Assembly (NCBI GenBank): GCA_051362555.1
Contig: CM120641.1
Location: 4,526,001-4,590,000, forward strand
Length of the DNA: 64,000 nt
DNA from: Lingula anatina
Lineage: Eukaryota; Animalia; Brachiopoda
Reading direction: 5' to 3'
Positions 1 through 22,580 of this stretch are shown here, in pieces. The first letter of the stretch is position 1. Each line of letters starts with the position of its first letter. The notes under the pieces are model-generated. The model ran no database searches and had not been told where the DNA came from. It saw nothing but the letters and a program-made list of their open reading frames with translations. The position numbers and the translations under genes are program-made.

Positions 1-3000
1 TCGTAGAATCTCTCCTGACTGAAGGAAAAGTTGGAATATGTGCTGGGTCTGTGCGAGTAACAGACATAAAATCAGGGTAAGAAAATCTATCTGTCCAAGG
101 GAGACTGAGATACATCACATCCTTTCAATTTTTCTCAATCATTATGATGTCTTTGTCACTGTGTCACTGACTGGCATTAAGTGATACATTTCAGACACCG
201 TGAGCTCCAATATATGTAAATCATGTGCTTGACTAATTTTCTGAATAAAAGAAATCACTTATGTAAACCCTAGGTAATGAAAAACATTTTTGAATAATTT
301 CTTTTTTAAAATTTCATCCTGACTGCTACGCCTTTTTCTTCAAGGGCTCCATCTCTGACCAACATACCATGTGGTGATAGATTTAAAGTGGTTATTCCCT
401 ATGCTGGAAATTCTCTCACGTGTGAGTATGGAGCATCAAATATAATCACATATAGCATATCAGAAAAGGTAAATGGGAGTGCTAACACATGAAAGATATA
501 GGTGCACACAACTGTATAATGATGGTCACCTAGTGGCTCTGCCCAGATATTTGCCCAATATTTTGCTTACCTGTGACCTCAAGTCTCACATTTCTGTAAA
601 GGGAACCAGTTTTGGAGGAGAACGAGGTAAAAATTACATGGCTGTACATGTTACTTTATTTTAGGGGAGATTATATTCAACAGTTGTTCTCCAGATGATC
701 CACCAGATTTCCTTTTTAGTGCAGAAGACAAGGACTTTTGGCCACAAATTGAAAATATAAGTGTAAGTTGATACACAGAGATGAAGTGTAGATTTTATGC
801 TCTCCTTAAAAAAGTTTGTCTTTAGAAGTATATTATAGTATTTAAGGTTTAACTTAATTTTAGAAGTTTTGATAGTTGATAACTTCAGTAACCATATGTA
901 TATTTCACATTTATATTGTATGTTATTGTTCAGTTTCCCACTATATATGTTACTGAGCATATTAAATGACTAATGGCTATTCACAAATATATGGTACAGA
1001 ACAAGCACCTTAATTTATTTTTAGTTTTTAACCTTGGTAAATGAATCTATTTCTAGAATTTATTTTCTAAAGACTGAATTTGTTATCTCTTCTCCAATTT
1101 CAGCATTTAGCCAATTGGGACAATACAAATCCCAGGTCTCTTTTTCTGGTCATACAAGAACTGTTGGAAGAATACAAAAAATATCACCAGTCTCTGAAGG
1201 ATGAGAATGCCAGACTGCAGTGGGAATATAATGCTTTGATGGAGCAGGATAACTTTAGTCCAGAGAATGTGGAAGTTTGGGTCAATAAAAAGGGCAATGT
1301 AAGTGTCGTGGATTAAATGTGTCAGCTGTGTTAATTATACATATGAAAATTATCATTTGTGTAATTTCAGTAGAAATACTGAATAGTTCTTTTGTTGATA
1401 GCTTTTGTTACCAACATGTCACAATGAGGATGCTGTTGTTATATTTATTTTTCCCTTTTGAAGTCTGACTGCAAGCAGACAAAATAATGGATGTTTAAGT
1501 AGTGGTTTATTCTCAGGCTGTCGACATTCAAGAACTGCTACATTTCTATTCAAGAAAGTTGATATGTTTCATTATCTTGCACCACATTAAAAAAAAATAC
1601 CACCAACTTAATATCACTTAATTTACTTTGATTCATGTATGAAGAGTATTAATGCAAATTTTATAACCCTACTAACAGCACGATACTTATACCAGGAAAG
1701 TAAATTATTTAAATGTGTTTTTATTTTTTTTCAGAAAAACTGTTGAATTATATAAAATGCATGTTTATGCTGTAATCCTTATATATTTCAGAGACTAGGC
1801 CCTATCAATTTTCTGATGAGGTTGGATGTAGATTTCTCCAAAATACCACCCTACCTTATAGGAGTATGTATATATTTATGTTATGAAGCATGATTGCTAA
1901 ATGCAAGCAAAATACACCTTACAAAGAATTGTTGATAAAATGATACCATCGTTCCTGTTGAAAACTTCATATATATATCTAAAAACTCGTTATATTTTAA
2001 TGTTATTTTAATAAATGTTCAGCATTTCAAAAGCCTTGGTCATATATTTTATTTAAGTGGTGTAGAGAAATTATGGGAAAGTGCTTTCAATTTATATTTG
2101 TGAGGAGTGTCGTTAAACAGACACAGATTACTATGTAATTGGAGAGGTGTGCATAACTTTAACTTTATCTAAGAGTTGTGGTTGTTCACCAGGTGATATG
2201 GAACTCACATTATTCAAGTTGATTATCTTGGAGAGGTTCAGTAACACTATACAGTACATACTGGTTTTTGGAGTTTCAGAGAATAATATAACTGTCAAGT
2301 TTGTTCAATTTGACATGATAATTTCCACTTCCAGTGCAGTCCTGGTGAAGACTCTGCAGTCCTGTTGGTAACATTCCAGTACCCAGACGGAGGGAAGGTC
2401 TTACCACAGTTGTACTTGTCACCCAGAGTGGAACAGTAAGTAACTCAGTTGAATTAATAAATAAGTAAATTGAATTAATTCATTATACAATTTTGTGGTT
2501 CACAAGTCGTAGTTTAACTTGACTTTTGAAGTAAATATTGTGCTTGGAATAATAGGATTAAAGAAGAAATTGATTATTTTGAACACAAACATTTTAATGA
2601 TATTTTGAAAGTTCTTACAACATTTATTAAATTATATTTCATCAGTTTTTACTGCATTGCCTGATGGAGTTTGATATATATAAATATCTCTAAGTTATTT
2701 ATATATTCCCAGTGCCCTCGGTGGTGCAGCTAACCTTAGAATTCCTGCTTTCCCAAGTGGAGGTTGCCTGATTGATTATGTGCCAAATGTTAGAGAGTTG
2801 TTGAAAAATAAGGTATTATAAATAACTTATCTGAAAATCTGTTCATTTATAAGTATTTCCACAATATGACCACTTATGCCAGAATAAGTACTGGAGATAT
2901 GGCAATTGCTGAAGATAAAAATAAAGAAAAGTTTTGTTTTCCAGGTTGATCAGATTGTACAAGGACATGACAGAAGGAAAGAATATGTAGCAGCTTGCCT

Positions 3001-4597
3001 TAGTGCATTTGGAAGGTATATTACGTAATACCAGTGGAGTTGTTCATTTGAAAACATGTACTTTTTATCTTAGAGTCTGTGCTTGCACAAATTTGGTTGG
3101 TTGTGTAACCATGTTAAAACTAAGGCAAATATCCTTTATATTTGTTGAAACAAACCTGAAGGTTTTACCTTCATGAAGTTGTTATGTATACAAAAATCCA
3201 TTTGTGTTATTGGTGACATTGTATATTTCAGGTCAATTATAGAATATGATGCTGAAAGCTTTTTCAAGATTTCATTTCTACTGGAATGGAATGATTTCTT
3301 TTTCATAGTGCACAGTAAGCTCATCACTTATCATTTATGTAATTATAATATTGTCATTTATTATTCGCCATAAGTGACTTTGGTGAGGACTTATAATTGT
3401 TTAAGAAAAAACTGAACCTTGTGTTACAGATCCCCTGTATACAAAGAGGAAAAAATCTTTAAATGGTGTAATCCATAATAGAAATGCGTAATTACACCCT
3501 AGTCGCTGTCATGTACTATCATCCTAGCTACTGAATTTTACAGATAGGATGATAATAATGATTATTGTTAAGTTGTATGTTTATAGACTTGGGCAGTTTG
3601 GCTAGCAGATACTTGTATGGATTTCTATCCCTTATACTTCTGTTTTCAGTCGAGTTACCCCTGTACTTCCCAGTGGACAGTCCCTCTCTCACTGTACAAT
3701 CAGTCTACCATGAGTCCGGGGGAAGACCATACAGTAAAGTGACCAGGGAGTACCCCTATAGTCCAAGGTGGTCTGGGAATGAAATGGTAGAAAGAGTCAG
3801 GTAAGATTCATATTGCATTAGTCTTTCATTTGCAGAAATTATAATTTTTGTTTTCTTGTATTTAAAAAAAATGCATAGGCAGTTAGAAAATACAGCACTG
3901 CAGCTTTAAAGGAATTTTTGACATATGACATTTTCATCTTAGAATAAATAACTTTTAACACTCAAAGATTTATCTTTTACTAAAAGAAATGTGTTTGTGC
4001 TGTAGCATGTTTCTACTGTACTAGCTGCCATGATTGTACAATGTATTGATGTTACTCCAGTATGATGATGATGATGATGCTCAGTATTCAGCTGCTGTAG
4101 TTATAGGAACATCTTACTGTTGCAAATGGCCTTTTTTCACTTAAAACCACTGTACATAATCTGTGGTGATCATATTTAGCTCTTGGAGTATCTTACCATT
4201 TCTTAACGTTATTAGACCATGTTTCGGGTCTGCCTATTGCCAGTAGTTTTGTGCATTATAGGTCAGATTTTACTTTGACAAAGCCCAAAGCCTTTTTTCT
4301 TACAGTACGTATGCAAACATAGACTGCCTAAATTGGACTGCCTCTGTGGAAAGTGGCGTGGTATTGTGTATTTTGTGCAGTCTTGTTTGAAGTTAGACCA
4401 TGATATCTATGTATTTGACATTGCAATGATGGGCATTGAAATTATCCATGGTTACTTTAACAGCCTCCAAGCAGTTAGTTGTACATTTGTATAGCATTAT
4501 TTACTAGATGTAATATTCATTTAATTTCAGAACATATCTGCTTGAAAATATTGCAGCTTTTCAAAGGGCCTCAGTACAGAATGGCAGTCTTTCATGA
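1..4597 (+). CDS. BABAM2: BRISC and BRCA1-A complex member 2 (BRE/BRCC45), multi-exon, 5'-truncated by the window edge
   Basis: Manually spliced GT-AG exons 1-76, 345-421, 665-762, 1104-1298, 1792-1863, 2335-2435, 2713-2812, 2945-3015, 3232-3314, 3650-3800, 4531-4597 keep frame. Translation includes [62 protein letters not shown] and a final [21 protein letters not shown], matching recalled BRE motifs in order. Confidence 0.95.
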
Positions 4598-5369
4598 CTG
4601 AGATGGACTGAAGTTGGCAAGTTCTTCCTGCCTCTGTAAAAAAGAAACCTGCATTTGCCTTTGCCATTGAATGGCAGTTTGAGACAGCATTACTGGCGGT
4701 TCTATCTGGTGTGAACACCTTAAGCTTGGTGATATATGTGGATGCTATTAATTATTGAATGGATTAACTCTTATGTGAGAGACATGGTTTAAAGCAGCAG
4801 TATCAACAAAGACAAAGAAAACCTGTTTTAATGCATTAAAAGATTTATTAACAAATGGTCAGAATACATAACCAGAGAGGAGTATTTTTCATGGCAGTGA
4901 AGAATTTATATCAACCTTTCAAATTTCTGGCTTACTTGTTCTGATATATCTTGTAAAAAAGCTGCTAAATCAGTTTTACTTGGAAAAGTTGTAGAAAAAA
5001 AAAAGAAACTCGCTAATTCAGTCATGTAATATCATTCTTGACTTGTACCTTTTAGTGTTAACTATTATACATAAATACCATTTTAAACAATTCCATATTT
5101 ATATAAAATGCAATTTAAAATGATTGAGGGTACTGTGCCTTGTATTTTCTCTTTTGTATATTGAGCCTTAATAGTCTTCTGGAATTATTGAACATCAGTT
5201 TACAATTATTGGACATTTGTAATCTCATAGTGAAAAAAAAATCATTTGTGAGACAGTATCACTTAATGATAAATAAATTATACTATGCCTAATATGTCTT
5301 TTAAGATATGCCTTTTATTAAAATACATTATATTCATATACACTTACACCCTACACTTATTAATTTCAT

Positions 5370-7274
5370 TTATTCGTACTCGATAGTAACGGCTTCCTCA
5401 GGGTGCTCATTGAAATATTCTTCCATTCTCTCGAGAATGGCATACTGTAAACAGAGGAAACCTTGTAAAAGTTTGGTTTTCTCAGCAAAGAGTTTAGCCT
5501 CAGAACCTGGAACACTTGCTTTAATGAAATTTAAGAACTGTTGCCTTTGTGGTGTGTGCAGACAGAGGGGGAGAGGAAACTTCCCATCAGTTCTCACGTA
5601 ATGGATGACGGCTTCAACCAGCTGGAGCGGAATGATCTCTCCCTGCATGAATAATTTCTCAACCTGTCTTTCGCTGAAGTTTTCTGGGACAAAGTTGGAA
5701 ATCTGGTTAAAGGCTGCCAATGCTTCCAGCCAGGTGAGGGTGATGTTGCTGGGCAGGTAGGGTAGGTGACTTCTTTGGGATCCACACTCTGATCCCTCTG
5801 ATATATACCCCATGATATCTGGGCACTGGATGCTGTACTGGAGCTCTAGGGCGCCTTGGTACGCTAGGGTCCTGTCATTGCTTGACCAGGACTTCAACAT
5901 GTTGTATTCTGGCAGGAAATAGGATGGGCAACTTTGGGTCTTTAAACACTGCATAAGTTTTTTGATGAGTAGTCCCAGTTTGTCTGTGTCATTTTCACAG
6001 TTTCTTTTGGAAACGTCACTGACAACGTGGCAAAGGAGATTTCTTACAAGTTCGTCAGTCATGGCAGTGTCTATGAGATAAACGTGACAGAGCTTTTTGA
6101 AAGTAGCAAAGCTGTGTCTCCACTCTTCACAGAGAGAATTTATCATGGTCTGACATGGAAGGTCAAAGCAGAAACGCCACAGCAAAGAGCTGTTATTGTT
6201 CTGAGATCTAGCTGGTACAATATGGCAGCCAAGCTCCCTGGCTTTGGCCAAGGCCTCTTTACAGGGCCAGAATATGTCCGTCTCTTGTGGCCAAGATTCA
6301 CATGGAACAGCAAGTGTTAGTAGATCAGAGTGGAACTGACTCTGAACCCAGCTTCCTTCCTCACAGAGGCTGTGAGTGATACACTGTAGTCCACTGCCAT
6401 TGTGATTCTGCCCCACATAGCACATCATTTGTGAGTGTGTGGGATTCTGAATACTTGCACAATTACTGCATGCAGATAACAGGCTGCAACTGTGGTGAAT
6501 AGATTCCTGAAGTAAAGTAGGTGACACTAAAACCTCATTTCCCTTTTTTTCACAAAATTTGATCCACTTGGGATCAAGCCTGGGTGGATCATTTAGCTTC
6601 AGGTAGAATAGTCCTGGGACAGTCCCTGGAACCACACTGAGTGGGGTATTGTTTGACAGCATACAGTTGTTATTGTCAGTGAATGATATTGACACTGCAG
6701 ACATGGGTGTGGTAAGTTTTGGTGTCAAAAAGAGCTGTCTTTCGTTCAAAGATGTGGTCTTAAGTTCTGCATCAGACAGTTCATCTGAAGATATGGTTGA
6801 AGTCTCAAATAGATCTACCCTTGAAGACTGAAATTTCTGCTCACACGAATCAATCAGATGGAAGTTGAAATCTTCCAAGTTGATCAGTGTTTCTCTAGTC
6901 ATTTGATAGACAGTGCTGTCCAACACTAGTTTATTGTCCTGGAAATGTTTTAATATGTTTGGAGTCTCTTTATCCTTTTCTTTTTGTTGCCAAAATTCTG
7001 GATTTCCATTTTCAAGTTTGGTTTGCTGTGGTAACAATTCTTGTGAGTGGAACTCCCAATTAACAGTCTCTGGTGAAGAATGAAGCTCCTGGTTTTGGTC
7101 TGTCTTCTCGACATCTTTGTTTTTGTCATCTCTTCCTGTCAGTCGATCTTTGAGCTCACCCAACAGGTAAACTATGCTGTGCCACAGAATGATCATCTGA
7201 AGAGTGAAATATAGCAACAAATTTAAACGAGGACTGAAGTACAAGGAAAATACTACACCTGTCATGATTGCCAT
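5370..7274 (-). CDS. Mab-21/cGAS-like receptor (cGLR) family nucleotidyltransferase-fold protein with N-terminal hydrophobic segments; single coding exon
   Basis: Long ORF 5370-7364, first in-frame ATG at 7274 (MAIMTG...). Mab-21-type motifs in order: PGLFYLKL, DLLTLAVPCESWP, WP...GCHIVP, WRFCFDLPCQTMINSL, LMQCLKTQSCPSYFLPEYNML. Two hydrophobic stretches at the N-terminus. The true start could be altered by upstream exons. Confidence 0.82.
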   Translation of the reverse strand: MAIMTGVVFSLYFSPRLNLLLYFTLQMIILWHSIVYLLGELKDRLTGRDDKNKDVEKTDQNQELHSSPETVNWEFHSQELLPQQTKLENGNPEFWQQKEKDKETPNILKHFQDNKLVLDSTVYQMTRETLINLEDFNFHLIDSCEQKFQSSRVDLFETSTISSDELSDAELKTTSLNERQLFLTPKLTTPMSAVSISFTDNNNCMLSNNTPLSVVPGTVPGLFYLKLNDPPRLDPKWIKFCEKKGNEVLVSPTLLQESIHHSCSLLSACSNCASIQNPTHSQMMCYVGQNHNGSGLQCITHSLCEEGSWVQSQFHSDLLTLAVPCESWPQETDIFWPCKEALAKARELGCHIVPARSQNNNSSLLWRFCFDLPCQTMINSLCEEWRHSFATFKKLCHVYLIDTAMTDELVRNLLCHVVSDVSKRNCENDTDKLGLLIKKLMQCLKTQSCPSYFLPEYNMLKSWSSNDRTLAYQGALELQYSIQCPDIMGYISEGSECGSQRSHLPYLPSNITLTWLEALAAFNQISNFVPENFSERQVEKLFMQGEIIPLQLVEAVIHYVRTDGKFPLPLCLHTPQRQQFLNFIKASVPGSEAKLFAEKTKLLQGFLCLQYAILERMEEYFNEHPEEAVTIEYE

Positions 7275-7546
7275 ACCATATCTATAACTGTACTGTACCT
7301 TTATGGAACTACCTTTATAGCCAAAGATATTTATAAGCTCAAAAGTCAATGCACTATTATGCAATACTTAAGCTGAATAGTGAACTCATTTGTATTATCA
7401 CTGACAAAATCCCTTTATGACAATAAGCTGGTCACACTGTATGGTAGAAACCTCTTAATCCCAGCAGTGTACAATAGCAGGTACAAAGACCAATGATTGG
7501 TTTATGAAGATGAAAAGAAATGGAAGAACAGTTCCCTGGCAGACTG

Positions 7547-7663
7547 TTCCATCATTACAAATGCTGACATGTCTTGATTAAATATCCTCACCGTGAAATA
7601 AGACTATTCCATCAATTACTAATACTGACATGTCTCATATGAATATCTTCACCGTGAAATAAG
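7547..7663. repeat. Diverged ~60 bp tandem duplication
   Basis: Two copies of ttccatca.ttac.aat.ctgacatgtct...aatatc.tcaccgtgaaataag starting near 7547 and 7607. Confidence 0.8.
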
Positions 7664-8430
7664 CAATAAATCACTATGAAGACCTACTAGTCAGCTGACT
7701 TGTAATGCACTTAAGTTGGTAAAAGTCTGGTCATTTATGTAAATAACAAGATGTAGCAATCTGGATGCACCTTGTAAGAGATGCTAATTCAGTTGATAAT
7801 TAACTGGCAGCCATTTATTTCCCAGGTAATGGAAGAGAAATCGTGACACCTGACATGGTCGATAATTGTGTCGTGACATCTGATATCATCTTCACAATTA
7901 TGCAGAAACAATGTCACAATTTTGGGGGGATCCTCCACAATTTTCTGTATCCTATCAATTATTACCAGTACTGCCAACTTCCAAACTGAAATTAAAGCAT
8001 TCTTCATCTCTACGCTTTGAAACAGTGAATAATTATGTGTAATGTCTTTCTTGCAATTTTACTTGGTGGAGGAAATTTAATTAATAACAAAGATGAAGTG
8101 CCTTTTATTGACAAATCTTCCTGGAAAGAGGGTAGTTTTAACACAAGAAAACCCTGTTTAATGTCTTTTTAATGGCAAGATTGCTGGAGAGGAAAATGAA
8201 ATGCATAGTTGATCACAATTAATACATGTGTAACATCACATCATTCTTGTTTAAGTGAGATAATGGTGGAAATTGATGATTGAAAATGCATAGAAAATGC
8301 TTTATTGTAACATTTATATTCTGTCCTTGTTCCTTAAAATCCCTAAAAATAGTGCCCTTTCATATTTTTCAAGACATGGTATACATTCCTGTAACAACTC
8401 TGCATATTCTTGTTCAGTTAAGTCTCTTAC

Positions 8431-8663
8431 CTGGCTCAATAAACTTTAAGTTCGGCGGATTGACTTTCCATCCAGGGTACAATTTAGAGGTAGAAAATAT
8501 ATCTTTGGCTCTTTCTTTTATGGAATAGAGGCAGATTAATGCTCTGTTGGGTCCTACAAGTTCAGACTTTTTCAGAAGGAGCCCTGCACAAGAACCTGTC
8601 TGTTAATTTGATACAGGGTCTTCACCCTCGGCTCAGGTAAGAAAAAATAGCTGTAGCAAACAC
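8431..8663 (-). other. Probable 5' (likely untranslated) exon of the cGLR gene
   Basis: Minus-strand acceptor ttgcag near 8664 and donor CAG|GTAAGA at 8430. A further minus-strand donor AAG|GTAAGA at 9618 suggests another upstream exon. No transcript support. Confidence 0.4.
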
Positions 8664-8877
8664 CTGCAATAAACTTTATACTTGACACTGATACCACACA
8701 CAACAAAAGCTGCCTTGTCCTAGTTATCTAAAGAAGGAGGCCAATATTTTTACTTTAAACCTATTTGTAATAACAGACATTTTTAACATTCCAAAATACT
8801 CAAAACCACATGACTGATATCCTTTTGTCATACAATTAATTGTTTTTTTTAGGGCAAGATGCTTGTAGAGGAGTTAA

Positions 8878-9222
8878 AGGGATAATAACTCTTCGTATGA
8901 GATCTATATTTCACCACAAATACATTGTAAACTCATAGAAATATAATATATTCTATTTCACCACAAAAACGACTTATAGCAATAAATCTGAAATAATGTG
9001 CTCGTCATCTACCCACGTGACCTCCATAGATGGCTATACTCTGTAATAATATCTTATTCAGAGATTATTACAAAAAACAAACTTTTTAGAAAAAAAAAAA
9101 AAAAAAACAGGGACTAACTTTGAATGTAGAAATGGATTCATTAGCCATTGGTAAGTATGGGAAAATTGCTGTTTACCCCAGGAAAATTAATTTTTTGGCC
9201 AAAATGAACATTTGTTATCCCT
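8878..9222. mobile_element. Kolobok-like non-autonomous DNA transposon (copy with degenerate right end)
   Basis: Starts TTAA|AGGGATAATAACTCTTCGT and is collinear along its length with the complete copy at 18428-18764. Confidence 0.78.
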
Positions 9223-11049
9223 GTTGGGTGTTTATCATGGACAATTTTGGCATAAAAACAAGTTCAAAATTTAGACTTTGAAACTCCAAGTAGTTATATG
9301 TTTATTTAACTGCTTGAATTTAATAATGATTCAATTAAATTAAAAAAAAAACAGCCCGAGCTCAACACTACAACATCAGTTTTTTGAGCTCATGTGCTAT
9401 CCAGAAAATAATCACCTATGAAATGTTGAGAAAAAAATTCCAACCAAATGTACCATTTAATTCTTTTTCCACCAGGAACTACTTGACTCAAAAATAATTT
9501 AAAAAGAAAACCTATGTCAGTGTAATGGGGCATATACCTGGAAATATTAACTTCTAGATATTTAAAAAAAAAAAGATTTTAAAAATTCACATAAGTAAAT
9601 AAGCTTATCTTATCTTACCTTCTCCAGGTGAGCGTCTTCATACATGAGAAACTGAAGACTTCTCTGAGCATCAATGTATGCGCGAGTCTGATTAGTGACA
9701 CACAAAATGACAGGTTAGATGGAAAGACGTGTAGGGTTACACGTTTACAACCCATCATGAGGGCTTTGTGAACCAGACCCTGCGACTTTGAAGTAATCAA
9801 AGGGCCCAGCCAACCTGTACCCCTATTATTACTAGCAATAGAGCACATAATGAGAAGCCCCTCTAATCTCTTATGAATCACCTTTGTCACCCCGGTTCAT
9901 ATTATCCAATCTATCTTCATTTTTGTCATGCATGCTTTTGTCATTGAAATAAAGTTGTCTGGAAACTCTCCCTTTGAATTTGTTCTGCTCAAATAAATTC
10001 TGTTTACTTAACATCTTTCAATTTCGCTTTCAATTATTTATATCTTTGGATTTCATCTAGGGGTTACTGACTAGGAAGACACTTTTGTATACAAGGGGTA
10101 CATTCTGATTTGATTTTTTGCAGTAAGCCTTTGTATGGCTTACTTTTTACCTAAATTTGATTGATAAAAGTTAACCTGTGTTTTCAGCCTGTCATGTTGT
10201 CACTATACAGCATCAGGTGTTTGCTTAATGCATTATCAACCAAAGTCAACAAAACAAAATAGTATCATTATCTTCAAAGATAGATGCTGCTTTGATCTCA
10301 GATACAATTTTCTTTTCTTTTTTTTTTTTTTTTTTTTGGGGGGGGGGTGTTTTTCCATTACACTTTTAAATGGGCAAGTGTTTATAGAGAAAAAAGAATA
10401 ACATTTCTTAGATATTTAGGTTTTTATTATACACCTTAAATGCTTCAGTTCACCTTTCCATGTTATCTGATTATCTGGCAGCTACACATGATGTTATTAA
10501 TATAACTGCAGGGCATGAAGATTTAATAACTTTTCTCTCCGCCCTTTATTCACTTCTGATATCACATGAGCCATCTCTCCTATTGTCAGCATTAAATTTT
10601 CCTGTCACAGGATGCTAAATAACACTTCAGCATCCTTTATGCACTGGGTCCCCAACATCATTGTAATATGATGTAATGCAGGCACACAAAAAGCTGCAAT
10701 ACTTTAAGTCTTCCTGGTCGTTTTCAACTGGCATTGTTGTAAGTTGATTGCCTTGTGACCCTGACACACAATTCCATATATTCCAGGTGTGTGCAAATTT
10801 CCAGCTTTTACACACACGTAATTATATTCCATGCAGGCACCACAGAAGCAAATGTACTTGATAATAGGGAAAACAACCAACTAATTAACATTTTTCTCCT
10901 TTGAAAACTGCCATTTTTCATACTTTGGCGTGGTGAAGAGACATTTTAAAGTAACACTTGTTCATGTCTGGAACATGTATTAAATCAAGTTATTTCAGGA
11001 ATTTAGATGCCTGGGACCCTCTCTGTTATCCAGCACTTCCACAAAGGCC

Positions 11050-21667
<10,618 letters not shown>

Positions 21668-22405
21668 CTGTAATTGGTCATGTTAAACAACAAATAAAAT
21701 CTTAGTTCAAACATAAAAGGTATATCGAGTGAAAAACTTGGCAGTCCTTTAATCAAGAATATCAAATAAAAATATAGAAATATCTACATGTACTTCATAT
21801 ATGTTTTTCATGTAAATGTGCAAATGTCACACAGATTCTCTAACAACCAAAAGTGAGGATAACTGATATCAGAAAAAAATAAAAAAGAAGTTGGTTTGTA
21901 TGAAGACATTACCCATCAGATTCTTATTTGGAAAAACTAACCCCCTCCCCCCAATTCTTAGGTCTCCTCCAACTGACATAGACAGGAAAAGTGGGAATGG
22001 AGATTTGGATATATAGTCGTATTTAGGTGGGCCAGATTAAGACATCAAATCAGGACAATGCATTATTTAATAACTGAGTAACCATCATCACCAATGATGA
22101 GAGCAAGCAAAGACGAACAGGCAGAGGGTCGGACGAAAGAACAGATCATCATAGATGACAAGAAATTGGCAGTAGCCCATAAGAGCATTTTTGACACCAA
22201 TTTTTGAGCCAGATTTTTCAGTCTTTTTACAGTCTGGCAGCAACAACATTTGTTTTCCAAGCCGTAAAAAGCTGGAAATAAAAATATGGATACCATAAAT
22301 AGCTTAGCTATATTTACCTGATAAATCGGCTAACCCTAAAGTTTCCAGTGCAATAAATTAGTTCCAGACACTCAATATAGTTAAAATCACTTCTTTTGTA
22401 TTTAC

Positions 22406-22580
22406 CTTATTGATCTCTATTTTTAAGATGCTTCCAAAGTCGCTGAAATATGCTACATCTTCATAAAATTTGACACCCGCCACAAATCAAAAGGACGCTT
22501 TTCTACAAATTGGAGGTAGGAAATTATGTAAATTGCACGATAGATGTCGCCGTGTCAGAGAAAAGCCAATCACGCGATCT
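22406..22580 (-). promoter_or_regulatory. Probable MCM8 non-coding first exon and promoter
   Basis: Minus-strand donor AAG|GTAAAT at 22405 and acceptor TTACAG immediately before the MCM8 ATG. E2F-like TGGCGGG (22476-22482, minus), CCAAT box at 22566-22570, and CpG becomes common here. Confidence 0.55.

Noticed and set aside
3129-3137. ATATCCTTT, a U12-type donor-like sequence in a BABAM2 intron
   Set aside because: The flanking exons join in frame with ordinary GT-AG sites; no matching U12 branch point or acceptor identified.
5370-7364. cGLR nested inside a BABAM2 intron
   Set aside because: BABAM2's terminal coding exon and stop lie at 4531-4597, so the genes are convergent neighbours.
22063-22296. 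Short ORFs on both strands between the MCM8 promoter and start codon
   Set aside because: No recognisable homology; most simply 5' intron or UTR sequence.
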